This document shows, one piece after another, positions 21,804 to 30,994 of a stretch of DNA of 45,808 nucleotides. Numbering within the stretch: position 1 is the first letter of the stretch; each line of letters starts with the position of its first letter. This DNA comes from Chlamydiota bacterium (GTDB lineage: Bacteria; Chlamydiota; Chlamydiia; Chlamydiales; SM23-39), in NCBI GenBank assembly GCA_050049995.1, contig JASFVE010000004.1, positions 1 through 45,808 on the forward strand, written 5' to 3'. The notes under the pieces were generated by a model. That model made no database searches. It saw only the letters and a program-made list of their open reading frames with translations, and was not told the origin of the DNA. The position numbers and the translations under genes were made by a program.

Positions 21804-24254
21804 ATGACTTTTACAAAAAATGAAGCGATCGTCCCTCGTAATGTAGAAGAGGAGATGAAGGAAAGTTACCTTCGCTATTCTATGTCGGTAATTATCTCTC
21901 GTGCTTTACCGGATGTACGTGATGGGCTAAAGCCATCTCAAAGAAGAATTTTATATGCGATGAGACAGCTTAATCTATCGCCAGGAGCTAAACATCGTAA
22001 ATGTGCTAAAATCTCTGGGGATACTTCTGGTGATTATCACCCTCATGGTGAAACAGTTATTTACCCAACTCTTGTAAGGATGGCGCAAAGCTGGATGATG
22101 CGCTACACACTTATAGATGGTCAGGGAAACTTTGGCTCTGTCGATGGAGACCCACCAGCTGCTATGCGTTACACAGAAGCTAGGCTTACACATGCAGCTA
22201 TGGCCTTAATGGAAGACTTAGATAAGGATACTGTTGATGTAACTCCTAACTACGATGAGACTAAAAATGAGCCGATGGTTTTTCCAGCTAAATTCCCGAA
22301 TCTTCTTTGCAACGGATCTTCGGGTATTGCTGTTGGTATGGCTACCAACATTCCTCCACATAATTTGGATGAATTAATAGCAGCCACTAAGCTTATGTTG
22401 GGAGACCCTAGTGTCACCATAGATCAAATCATGGAAGTAATGCCAGCCCCTGACTTTCCAACTGGGGGAGTTATCTGTGGGTATAGAGGAATTAGAGAAG
22501 CTTTCCATACTGGTCGTGGCAAGCTCTTGTTAAGAGGTGTATTACGATTAGAAGATATTGATAGTAATCGACAAATGATCATTGTTGATGAGCTTCCATA
22601 TAACGTCAATAAATCTAAGCTGATTGAAAACATTGCGCATTTGATTACAGACAAAGTAATTACTGGTATTTCTGATATTAGAGATGAATCAGACAAATCT
22701 GGTTTGCGTGTTGTAATGGAACTGAAGCGAGGAGAAATTCCTGATATTGTGATCAACCAGCTTTATAAGTTTACTGATCTTCAAGTGACCTTTGGCTGTA
22801 ATATGCTTGCTCTAGATAAAGGGCTTCCAAGAACCATGAATGTCAAACAGATGATTGGCGCTTGGATTGATCACCGCATTGATGTTATACGTAGAAGAAC
22901 TAGATATGAGCTTAAAAAAGCAGAAGCTAGAGCTCATATTTTGGAAGGTTATTTAAAAGCACTTGATCATTTAGACGAAGTGATTCGCCTCATTAGAGCA
23001 TCTACTAATAAAGATATAGCTAGAACTGAGTTGATGTCTCGATTTACTTTTACTGAAAGGCAAGCTAATGCTGTTTTAGATTTAAGACTGTATCAGTTGA
23101 CTGGTCTTGAAAGAGAAAAAGTAGAAAATGAACACCGTGATCTTTTAGAAAAAATTGCTTATTATAAGGCAGTTTTAGCTAGTGAAGAAATGGTAAAAGG
23201 AATCATCAAAGATGAGCTTGATGAATTGAGTAAAATTAAAAAGTCGCCAAGAAAGACTAAGATTCAAGCAGCTGAAGGGGAGTTTCAAGTTGAAGATCTT
23301 ATAGCTGATGAACAAGTTGCTATTACCGTTTCTAATGACGATTATGTCAAAAGAATGCCTATTTCTGCTTTCAAAGAGCAAAGGAGAGGGGGGCATGGCG
23401 TAATTGGCATGGATATGAAGAAAGAAGGCGATTCCTTAAAAGGTCTTTATGTTGCTTCAAGTCATGATCACTTATTAATATTTACAACGTTTGGTAGATG
23501 TTATTGGTTAAAAGCATGGCAGATTCCTGAAACCGGAAGAAGGTCTAAAGGTAAGCCAATTGTCAACTTGTTAGAAGGTCTTCAAAAAGAGGAAAAACTT
23601 TCAGCTATTATTAAAGTAAAAGACTTTAACCAGCCAGGTAAGTGCATTTTACTTACTACCTTAAAAGGAGTTGTTAAGAAAACAGATCTTGATGCCTATA
23701 GCCATCCTCGTAAAAAGGGTGTCTTCGGTATTAATATTGATGAAGATGATGCGCTAATTTCTGCACGACTAGTAGATGAAGATCAGCAAATCATGATTTT
23801 CACCCGTAATGGTATGGCAGTTCGTTTTGATTCAAGTATAGTCAGACCTATTGGTAGAGTGGCTCGTGGTGTTAAAGGGGTTACTTTAAAAGGCGTGGAT
23901 GACAAAGTGGTCGCATGCGAAGTGGTATCAGAAGATGATACTATTTTAGTTGTTTGTGAACACGGTTATGGAAAAAGGTCAAAAGTAGGTAGCTTTAGGC
24001 AGACGAACCGAGGTGGAGTAGGTGTTAAATCTATCATCACTTCTAAGAGAAATGGTTTTGTTGTAGGAGCTATCTCAGTGACAAACGAAGATAGCGTCTT
24101 CTTTATGTCGCAGTCTGGTCAAACCGTACGTATTTCTATGAAAGACGTTCGTGTAATGGGAAGATCGACACAAGGTGTGCGTCTTGTGCATCTAAAGCCG
24201 GATGATCAGGTTGTCGGTATTCAGAAAATTGACACAGAGACAATAGAATCATAA
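21804..24254 (+). CDS. gyrA: DNA gyrase subunit A
   Basis: RALPDVRDGLKP, YHPHG, AAMRYTE catalytic Tyr, GyrA-box QRRGGHG, C-terminal pinwheel repeats. Confidence 0.98.
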   Translation: MTFTKNEAIVPRNVEEEMKESYLRYSMSVIISRALPDVRDGLKPSQRRILYAMRQLNLSPGAKHRKCAKISGDTSGDYHPHGETVIYPTLVRMAQSWMMRYTLIDGQGNFGSVDGDPPAAMRYTEARLTHAAMALMEDLDKDTVDVTPNYDETKNEPMVFPAKFPNLLCNGSSGIAVGMATNIPPHNLDELIAATKLMLGDPSVTIDQIMEVMPAPDFPTGGVICGYRGIREAFHTGRGKLLLRGVLRLEDIDSNRQMIIVDELPYNVNKSKLIENIAHLITDKVITGISDIRDESDKSGLRVVMELKRGEIPDIVINQLYKFTDLQVTFGCNMLALDKGLPRTMNVKQMIGAWIDHRIDVIRRRTRYELKKAEARAHILEGYLKALDHLDEVIRLIRASTNKDIARTELMSRFTFTERQANAVLDLRLYQLTGLEREKVENEHRDLLEKIAYYKAVLASEEMVKGIIKDELDELSKIKKSPRKTKIQAAEGEFQVEDLIADEQVAITVSNDDYVKRMPISAFKEQRRGGHGVIGMDMKKEGDSLKGLYVASSHDHLLIFTTFGRCYWLKAWQIPETGRRSKGKPIVNLLEGLQKEEKLSAIIKVKDFNQPGKCILLTTLKGVVKKTDLDAYSHPRKKGVFGINIDEDDALISARLVDEDQQIMIFTRNGMAVRFDSSIVRPIGRVARGVKGVTLKGVDDKVVACEVVSEDDTILVVCEHGYGKRSKVGSFRQTNRGGVGVKSIITSKRNGFVVGAISVTNEDSVFFMSQSGQTVRISMKDVRVMGRSTQGVRLVHLKPDDQVVGIQKIDTETIES

Positions 24255-24871
24255 TGTCTAAAGGTATTTTCATTACCTTTGAAGGAGGTGAAGGAGCTGG
24301 AAAAAGTACTATCATTGATAGAGCTTATTCTGAGCTCCTTTCCCAAGGTTACTCAGCAATAAAGACGATAGAGCCCGGAGGAACCTTCATTGGGGACAAT
24401 ATTCGTGAAATACTGCTCTTTTCAAAAGAAAAGCTCTATCCCTTTTGTGAATTAGGGTTATTTTTAGCCTCTAGAGCACAACATGTTCAGGATGTCATTT
24501 TACCCGCTTTAGAAGAAGGTAAAATAGTTCTTTGCGATCGCTTTCATGACTCTACCATTGCTTATCAAGGTATTGCAAGAGGGTTAGGAGAGAAGAAAAT
24601 ACATGACTTGTGTATGGCTTTTTCAGACTCTTTAGAACCTAATCTTACCATTTATTTAGATATTGATCCCAAGATTGGTCTGCAAAGGTCTACAAATTCT
24701 TCCTCTGACCGAATAGAGCAAGAGAAGATAGAGTTTCATCAAAAGGTAAGAGAGGCTTTTCTTTCTTTGCAGGAAAAATCTTCTCAAAGAATGAAAAAAT
24801 TTGATGCTTCTCAACCCTTAGTCTCAGTGTTTGACTTGGTATATAAGCAAATACGATCAGTTATTGATTAG
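24254..24871 (+). CDS. tmk: Thymidylate kinase
   Basis: FITFEGGEGAGKST, EPGGT, LCDRF.DST.AYQG, DRIEQE..EFHQKVR. Confidence 0.96.
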   Translation: MSKGIFITFEGGEGAGKSTIIDRAYSELLSQGYSAIKTIEPGGTFIGDNIREILLFSKEKLYPFCELGLFLASRAQHVQDVILPALEEGKIVLCDRFHDSTIAYQGIARGLGEKKIHDLCMAFSDSLEPNLTIYLDIDPKIGLQRSTNSSSDRIEQEKIEFHQKVREAFLSLQEKSSQRMKKFDASQPLVSVFDLVYKQIRSVID

Positions 24872-25217
24872 AGTTGGTTTTTACAGGTTCTTTTAAGGTA
24901 TCGATTTTTTGAATTTGCACCTGCGACTCACTGACAAGAAACTCTTGCCCTTCTACTTCTACTAAGTACAAAATTGTCTTAGGACTTAAGATTCTTTTTT
25001 CTTTAATTTGAATAGACTGTCCCACAGAAGATGCCTGCATTCTAAATCGTAAAAATCGTTTTAAAAGCAAAGCTGTTATTATCAGAAGAACTATAAGAGC
25101 TAAAAGTGTCATGAACATTTTCATGATGCTGCCTTCGTAGTTTTGCACTGGAAAGACAGGTTCTTCAGGATTGTTGATAACTTGAGCTAATAATATGAAT
25201 TTAGAAAGAGTTGTCAT
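24861..25217 (-). CDS. FliO-family small membrane protein
   Basis: Single TM (MFMTLLALIVLLIITALLLKRF) followed by IQIKEKRILSPKTILYLVEVEGQEFLVSES, the typical FliO beta-domain pattern. Confidence 0.75.
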   Translation of the reverse strand: MTTLSKFILLAQVINNPEEPVFPVQNYEGSIMKMFMTLLALIVLLIITALLLKRFLRFRMQASSVGQSIQIKEKRILSPKTILYLVEVEGQEFLVSESQVQIQKIDTLKEPVKTNSNQ

Positions 25218-26022
25218 GCGGTAAATATAGCTTATTTAACAAGAAAAAATCAACGCTATCTTCCGTAGAAGGATCTAATAGACACATTAATTTTTCTCTA
25301 GCTGAGTTGTCCGCTTCAGAAAAAGATAGAGGAGTTTTTAAAATGCCTTTAAATTCCTCATCTTCAGCTATTCTTTTCATACAGTCTGCTACATAAACGC
25401 CACAGTTGTGGGTATCTTTTTGAATTTTTTGTGTATTATTGACAATTGACCACACATTGACAAGATCAAGATTTTTAGTACTAACTATATAATTTAAAAG
25501 ATCGCCTACAGTTTTTACTTCAGGAAACTTGCTCTGAATAAGCAATTGGCTACTAAAATGGTCTTGCAAGGTATATCCTTTAGAATCAAAAAATAAAATT
25601 TGTTTTTTTTCTGTGTCAAAGGCAAGTAATACTATATGATTTCTCAAAATGCCTTTAATAGTTATGGGGAGTAAAACTTTAGGTTTGTCCAGGTTATAAG
25701 TAGGAATAAGCCCATATAAAACCCTAGATAAATTTATATCAATGTTATCTTCGTGCTCATCTTGTAAAATTTCTGAAATTTCCCTGATAACATCATCTTT
25801 AAGTAATTCCCTGTTATTGAGTATTTTTAAATTTCTATTTGCTAGAATCTTTTCATCATTTTCCTTAATGCCACTAAAGCGTGTTTTTAAAGAACTCATA
25901 GCAGAATGAAAAATGTCTTGAATTTTCAAGACTATACGAAGTAACTTAATGTGCCAAGGAGTACTTTTTCCAAGATCAATGCTTGAAATGGGCTGATGGC
26001 TTGATATAGGTTGACTACTCAT
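25201..26022 (-). CDS. Ulp1/C48-like CE-clan cysteine protease (candidate deubiquitinase/Ubl protease effector)
   Basis: LLPI...NH129IVLL...FFD146S...IQ201KDTHNC207GVYV: the His-Asp-(Gln)-Cys order of the CE clan; Ser-rich N-terminus. Confidence 0.8.
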   Translation of the reverse strand: MSSQPISSHQPISSIDLGKSTPWHIKLLRIVLKIQDIFHSAMSSLKTRFSGIKENDEKILANRNLKILNNRELLKDDVIREISEILQDEHEDNIDINLSRVLYGLIPTYNLDKPKVLLPITIKGILRNHIVLLAFDTEKKQILFFDSKGYTLQDHFSSQLLIQSKFPEVKTVGDLLNYIVSTKNLDLVNVWSIVNNTQKIQKDTHNCGVYVADCMKRIAEDEEFKGILKTPLSFSEADNSAREKLMCLLDPSTEDSVDFFLLNKLYLPHDNSF

Positions 26023-26050
26023 AATAATGTTTTGTTATTATTAAGTTAAT

Positions 26051-26079
26051 ATTATATATTAATTATATTAAAATTTCAA
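26051..26079 (-). promoter_or_regulatory. Putative sigma66 promoter of the CE-clan protease gene
   Basis: On the minus strand TTGAAA-17 nt-TATAAT, in a nearly pure-AT intergenic region. Confidence 0.5.
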
Positions 26080-26119
26080 TTAATTCTTTATTAAAGAAAT
26101 ATAAAGGTTATTTAAATAA

Positions 26120-26971
26120 ATGACAAAAAAACTAGGATGGATCGCTCTTGATATCGATGGAACCCTAACAAATGATAAATACTCTATTCCTAAAGAGGTT
26201 TGTCTTTACCTAAGGTCTTTAGCTGAAAGCAGTTGGCAAATTATGCTGGTGACAGGTAGGACATTTTCCTTTGCCTCCAAAGCTGTGGCTGGCTTGCAGT
26301 TTCCTTATTATTTTTCTGTACAAAATGGCTCTATTGCCCTTGAAATGCCCAGTAAGAGGATTGTTTCAAAAAATTATGTAAAAGGAGATCTTATCTCTTT
26401 TATTGATAAAGCATATGAAGAAGAAGAAGGGGACTATCTTATTTATTCAGGTATGGAAAAAAAGGATTTTTGCTATTGGAGGCCTTATAAATACAATGAA
26501 GAAGACTTGAAATATATTGAAGATTTGAAATCAAGACAGCTGGAAAATTGGCATGCGTTAGACGATTTTAGCTCAATTCATATACAAGAATTTTCCTTAG
26601 CAAAAGGGTTTGGTCCCTTAGAAAAGATGCAGCGGATTCAAGAAAAAATCGCAGCTTATAACTTATTTGAAACGGCTATTATTAAAGATCCTTTTACAAG
26701 CGGTTACTATATTTTGCATATCACAAATAAAGGAGCGAACAAAGGTTCCGTTTTAAAAAACCTATACGATAAATTGTCTCAAAATGTTCCTATCATTGCG
26801 GCGGGAGATGATAGCAATGATATCTCTATGCTTGCTGTAGCTGATCAAAAAATTGTTATGCCAAGCGCTCCTCAAAATATAAAAGATATGGCAACTATCA
26901 TTGCCCCTCCAGTAGAGGACATGGGTATTATTCAGGCGCTTAATATTGCTATAGGCAATGTATCTATCTAA
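26120..26971 (+). CDS. Cof-type HAD-IIB family hydrolase
   Basis: ALDIDGTL, VTGR, QNGS, ANKG, AAGDDSNDISML. Confidence 0.92.
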   Translation: MTKKLGWIALDIDGTLTNDKYSIPKEVCLYLRSLAESSWQIMLVTGRTFSFASKAVAGLQFPYYFSVQNGSIALEMPSKRIVSKNYVKGDLISFIDKAYEEEEGDYLIYSGMEKKDFCYWRPYKYNEEDLKYIEDLKSRQLENWHALDDFSSIHIQEFSLAKGFGPLEKMQRIQEKIAAYNLFETAIIKDPFTSGYYILHITNKGANKGSVLKNLYDKLSQNVPIIAAGDDSNDISMLAVADQKIVMPSAPQNIKDMATIIAPPVEDMGIIQALNIAIGNVSI

Positions 26972-26986
26972 AATTTGTGTTTTTAA

Positions 26987-27310
26987 ATGATCACTGTTGG
27001 AATTAAAAATCTACGTATTGATTGTATTATAGGTATCCTAGAAAAGGAAAAAACTTTACCTCAAACTATATTTATAGATATTGAAGCAAAACCTCTTGGG
27101 GAAAATTTCTATGACTATAGGATATTTAAAGATGTGATAAAAAAACTACTCTCTAAGGGTAGTTATGGTTTGTTGGAAGATCTTGGAAAAGATATAATAG
27201 ATGTGCTTTTGGAAGAAAAAAAATTGCGGAATATAAAGCTTACTATTAAGAAGCCTCAGGCTATAGAAGGAGCGGATTTTGCTTTTATAACAATGGAAAA
27301 ACATGTCTGA
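26987..27310 (+). CDS. folB: Dihydroneopterin aldolase
   Basis: IKNLRIDCIIGI..KEK..PQ.I.ID, DY, LLE.L, KKPQAI. Confidence 0.8.
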   Translation: MITVGIKNLRIDCIIGILEKEKTLPQTIFIDIEAKPLGENFYDYRIFKDVIKKLLSKGSYGLLEDLGKDIIDVLLEEKKLRNIKLTIKKPQAIEGADFAFITMEKHV

Positions 27311-28013
27311 TGATGGTTGGATATTAATTACAGGCGCTTCGAAAAATCTGGGAGCTTATTTAGCAAAAAAGCTGGCTCAAGATAATCATCCTGTTTTGGT
27401 TCATTATAATAAAAGTAAAATGAGTGCTTTTTCACTTGTTGATGAGCTTGTGAAAGAAAAGAAACAAGCCAAGGCTGTTTTTGGAGATTTTTCTAGTAAG
27501 CAAGGGTTAGAGAAATTTGTGGAAAAAATTCAAGATGAACCCATTAAAAGCATCATCCATAACGTTGGTAATTATTTAGAAAAGTCTTTTTTAGAAACAT
27601 CTGAAAACGATTTTGATCAACTTTTGCAGACTAATATGAAAGCTCCTTTTGTTATTACAAAGGCGCTTGTGCCAACCTTAAAGCGAAATAAAGGATCTCT
27701 TATTTTTTTAGGGGTAGCAGGCTTAGAAAAGTTGAGAGCTGAAACTACAGCTAGCATGTACACCATGACTAAACAAATGCTTGGGTTTTATATGAAAACC
27801 TTAGCAAAAGAACTTGCGCGTTTTCACGTTAGATCAAATATGATCTCTCCTGGGTACTTAGAGCATTCTGTTGTGCAACCAAAAGGGGATCTTCCAATGA
27901 GGCGAAGTGGTACATATGAAGATATTTATAATGTAGTTCAGTTTTTATTAAACCCAGCGAACAATTACGTAACAGGTCAAGATATAGAAGTTGCAGGAGC
28001 AGTACGATTATGA
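27303..28013 (+). CDS. SDR oxidoreductase, FolM/pteridine reductase-like
   Basis: LITGASKNLG, VHYNKS, YxxxK (YTMTK), N.ISPG, YVTGQ; start overlaps the folB stop. Confidence 0.75.
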   Translation: MSDDGWILITGASKNLGAYLAKKLAQDNHPVLVHYNKSKMSAFSLVDELVKEKKQAKAVFGDFSSKQGLEKFVEKIQDEPIKSIIHNVGNYLEKSFLETSENDFDQLLQTNMKAPFVITKALVPTLKRNKGSLIFLGVAGLEKLRAETTASMYTMTKQMLGFYMKTLAKELARFHVRSNMISPGYLEHSVVQPKGDLPMRRSGTYEDIYNVVQFLLNPANNYVTGQDIEVAGAVRL

Positions 28014-28417
28014 CAGTAATAGAAAGTAGTATAAATTTAAGGGCAGAATCAAATTTTTACGACATAAAAAGCTTAGAAAACGGAACGGAGTGGTATTTCT
28101 TATTAGACACTCCTTTTGTAGAAGATAAAAAAGATCAGTTCGAAGTGAGTTTTCTTTGTGATAAAAATTCTATTTTAAGAGTAAAGGATAAAGCGGCTAA
28201 CTGTTTTTTTCTAGATGAGCCTTTAGTTATTAATAATCGCTTTCAGCTTATATTTTCTCTACTTGAAGGGGAAGGTAATTTTATGGCCCATTTATCTTAT
28301 GCTGGTAAAGATCAGGGCATCAAAGACCCCATGGGGGCCTTTGATTGGAAAATAGGACTTCGAACAATTCGAAGAGACTTACCTTGCAGAATCCTCGCAA
28401 AGCTCGTTCTTATTTAA
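28010..28417 (+). CDS. Conserved chlamydial hypothetical protein (CT102-like)
   Basis: F.L.EGEG.F..H...and C-terminal [11 protein letters not shown]; recalled synteny with the HAD gene and fabI. Confidence 0.6.
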   Translation: MTVIESSINLRAESNFYDIKSLENGTEWYFLLDTPFVEDKKDQFEVSFLCDKNSILRVKDKAANCFFLDEPLVINNRFQLIFSLLEGEGNFMAHLSYAGKDQGIKDPMGAFDWKIGLRTIRRDLPCRILAKLVLI

Positions 28418-29314
28418 TCCTTGAAAAGAGGGGCTGTCTGTAGCAACTCCCATAGCATGAAGACCGTTGTCAACAAAGAGTGTTTCTCCAGTAATTGCAG
28501 AGGCAAGAGGAGAAAGTAAGAATGCAGCTGCGTTACCAACTTCTTCAGGAGCTAAACCTCTTTTTCTAGGGGCATTAGCCTCTGAGTAATTGATCATGTC
28601 TTCTATCATGCCAATTGCTTTGGCAGCTCTTGATTTTAATGGACCTGCTGAAATGCAGTTAACTCTTAAGTTCCACTTTCTGCCTGCTTCAAAAGCAAGA
28701 GTTCTAGTATCGCTTTCAAGTGCAGCTTTAGCAGAGCTCATTCCACCTCCATAGCGAGGGACTGCTCTTGTTGAAGCAATATAGGAAAGGGATAGAATTG
28801 CTCCGTCCTCGTTCATAATAGGACCGAAGTGAGAAATCATACTTACGAAAGAATAAGAGGAGGAGCTCACAGCTGCCAAATAACCATTTCGAGAGGTATC
28901 TAATAAAGACTTTGTTACTTCAGGGCCATTAGCTAGGCAATGCACTAAAATATCAATTTTTCCAAAATCTTTTTCCACTTCTTTAGCGATATCAGAAATA
29001 GTATAACTTTCAAATGCACTGTAGCGTTTGTTGTCTTTAACATCTTGGGGAACTTGATCCATATTGTCGTACATGGCGTCGATCGGATAAACCTTAGTGT
29101 AGTCAAACATTCTTCCATCAGAACATTTTCTAGATTCGTCAAACTTGCCGTTTTTCCAAGATGTTTGAAAAATTTTTACTATAGGCACCCAGGTTCCAAT
29201 TAAAATTTCAGCGCCAGCTTCAAAAAGTTTTTTTGCAATAGAAAAGCCAAAACCTTGGTCATCACCAATGCCTACAACTAATGCTTTTTTCCCTTTAAGG
29301 TCCAATGGTATCAT
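28379..29314 (-). CDS. fabI: Enoyl-ACP reductase, plant/chlamydial type (start reassigned to ATG 29314)
   Basis: [72 protein letters not shown]-like RBS before 29314. Confidence 0.96.
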   Translation of the reverse strand: MIPLDLKGKKALVVGIGDDQGFGFSIAKKLFEAGAEILIGTWVPIVKIFQTSWKNGKFDESRKCSDGRMFDYTKVYPIDAMYDNMDQVPQDVKDNKRYSAFESYTISDIAKEVEKDFGKIDILVHCLANGPEVTKSLLDTSRNGYLAAVSSSSYSFVSMISHFGPIMNEDGAILSLSYIASTRAVPRYGGGMSSAKAALESDTRTLAFEAGRKWNLRVNCISAGPLKSRAAKAIGMIEDMINYSEANAPRKRGLAPEEVGNAAAFLLSPLASAITGETLFVDNGLHAMGVATDSPSFQGLNKNELCEDSAR

Positions 29315-29446
29315 CTCTTTTTCCTCTTGTGAGTCTTTTTTAAAAGAAACAAATATATCATAAAAAATCCTATTTCTCAAGAAGCTCTAATTTACTAAAA
29401 TTAAAAAATTATTTATGTAGTTGATAAATGCATAAAAAGTAAATTT

Positions 29447-30208
29447 ATGGAAAACAAAAGATCTATTGCTATTGTCAATCAAAAAGGGGGGTCTGGAAAG
29501 ACCACTACTGCTGTAAACCTAGCTTCTTCCTTAGTAAGCTTAGGAAAAAGGGTATTGCTTATTGATATGGATCCTCAAGGATCTGCTTCACTATGGCTAG
29601 GCTTTAAAGAAAAGGGAAGAGGACTCTATGAGGTGTTAACATCTAATAGGAAACTAGACTCTGCTATACTTACAACTCATGTCAAAAATTTATATATTGC
29701 TCCATCATCTCCTATCTTATCAGGTGTGGAAAAAATATTAGCTAATGAAGTTGCTGCTGAGACAATCTTAAAAAATAAACTGGAAGAATGTATTTTAGAT
29801 GTTGAGTATATTTTGATTGATTGCCCTCCAACTTTGGGAATGCTTTCTTTAAATGCCCTTACTTGTGCAAAAGAGGTTATAGTTCCAGTAGAAGCTCATG
29901 TAATGGCTTTGCATGGACTGGTCCAGCTTTTAAAAACAATTAATTTAGTGAAGGACAGGTTAAACCCTCATTTGAAGATTTCAGGAATTTTACCTTGCCG
30001 TGTCGATCTTAGAACAAAACACTCTAAAGAAGTTTTAAATCAACTCAATCAACGTTTCGAAAAAACCATGTATAAATCTGTCATTCGTGAAAATGTAAGG
30101 CTTGCTGAAGCTCCCTTACACCTGAAGCCTATTTCTGAGTATGACAGGGATTGTTATGGAACAAAAGATTATATGAATTTTGCAAAAGAGGTCATAAAGA
30201 CAACTTAA
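29447..30208 (+). CDS. ParA/Soj-family ATPase (orphan)
   Basis: NQKGGSGKTTT, LLIDMDPQG, IDCPP.LG, IRENVRLAEAP; no parB adjacent. Confidence 0.92.
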   Translation: MENKRSIAIVNQKGGSGKTTTAVNLASSLVSLGKRVLLIDMDPQGSASLWLGFKEKGRGLYEVLTSNRKLDSAILTTHVKNLYIAPSSPILSGVEKILANEVAAETILKNKLEECILDVEYILIDCPPTLGMLSLNALTCAKEVIVPVEAHVMALHGLVQLLKTINLVKDRLNPHLKISGILPCRVDLRTKHSKEVLNQLNQRFEKTMYKSVIRENVRLAEAPLHLKPISEYDRDCYGTKDYMNFAKEVIKTT

Positions 30209-30369
30209 GGGTTTCTCCTTTTCCACCCTTCTGCTGTAAGCCTTCTTTTCGGCTCAGGCTTTTTGACGCTCACTTTTAAAGTGGCCGATTCGGTATCTTT
30301 CTTTTTTTCAGGCTCTTTTTTAGTCCTTCTTAAAAATCCTAACCGGCTTTTTTTCTGTTCTTTAGCCAT
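30205..30369 (-). CDS. Small, very basic hypothetical protein (54 aa), missed by the ORF track
   Basis: MAKEQKKSRLGFLRRTKKEPEKKKDTESATLKVSVKKPEPKRRLTAEGWKRRNP*; AGGG upstream of the ATG; stop overlaps the parA stop. Confidence 0.7.
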   Translation of the reverse strand: MAKEQKKSRLGFLRRTKKEPEKKKDTESATLKVSVKKPEPKRRLTAEGWKRRNP

Positions 30370-30571
30370 GTATTACCCTAGGGACACTAACGGATCTCCA
30401 TCCTTATTGTAACTTTTTAAGTTTTTATGTGTCAAACTCAGAGGATTCTTTGGTTTGATAAAAAATAGAAAGACATTAAGGCTTTCCATAGAAAGACCGT
30501 AATAATCCTACTTTTTGTAATATTTTCCACTATTTGCTAAAGTAGCTTCAAAAACAAATGGTAGTTCACCC

Positions 30572-30994
30572 ATGGCGCAATATCATATTGAATATCAAGG
30601 ACACTTAAGAACAAAAATTACCCATCAGGGAAATGGACAATCGATTATCACGGATGCTCCGGTAGACAACCACGGTAAGGGGGAGTTTTTTTCACCCACA
30701 GACTTAATGGCATCTTCTTTGGGATCTTGTATCTTAACTATTATGGGTATTCATGCGAATATGCTGGGAGTAGATTTGAAAGGCTCTAATGCTACTGTTG
30801 AAAAAATCATGCAGGATACTCCTAGGAAAATTCAAAAAATTCGAATAAATATTCACTTGCCACTTATTGATAAAAAGCTACAAGAAAGGTTGGAGAAAGT
30901 CGCTTTGGAGTGTCCTGTTCATCATAGTTTTCATGCGGAAACTGGTCAGGAAATAGTCTTTCATTGGGGAGGCTTAAAAAACAGTGAAATATAA
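30572..30994 (+). CDS. OsmC-family protein
   Basis: TDAPVDNHGKGE.FSPTDL...LGSC and CPVH conserved cysteines. Confidence 0.9.
   Translation: MAQYHIEYQGHLRTKITHQGNGQSIITDAPVDNHGKGEFFSPTDLMASSLGSCILTIMGIHANMLGVDLKGSNATVEKIMQDTPRKIQKIRINIHLPLIDKKLQERLEKVALECPVHHSFHAETGQEIVFHWGGLKNSEI

Noticed and set aside
29315..29380. N-terminal extension of FabI as called by the ORF track
   Set aside because: Similarity to FabI starts at MIPLDLKGK (ATG 29314), which has an RBS-like sequence
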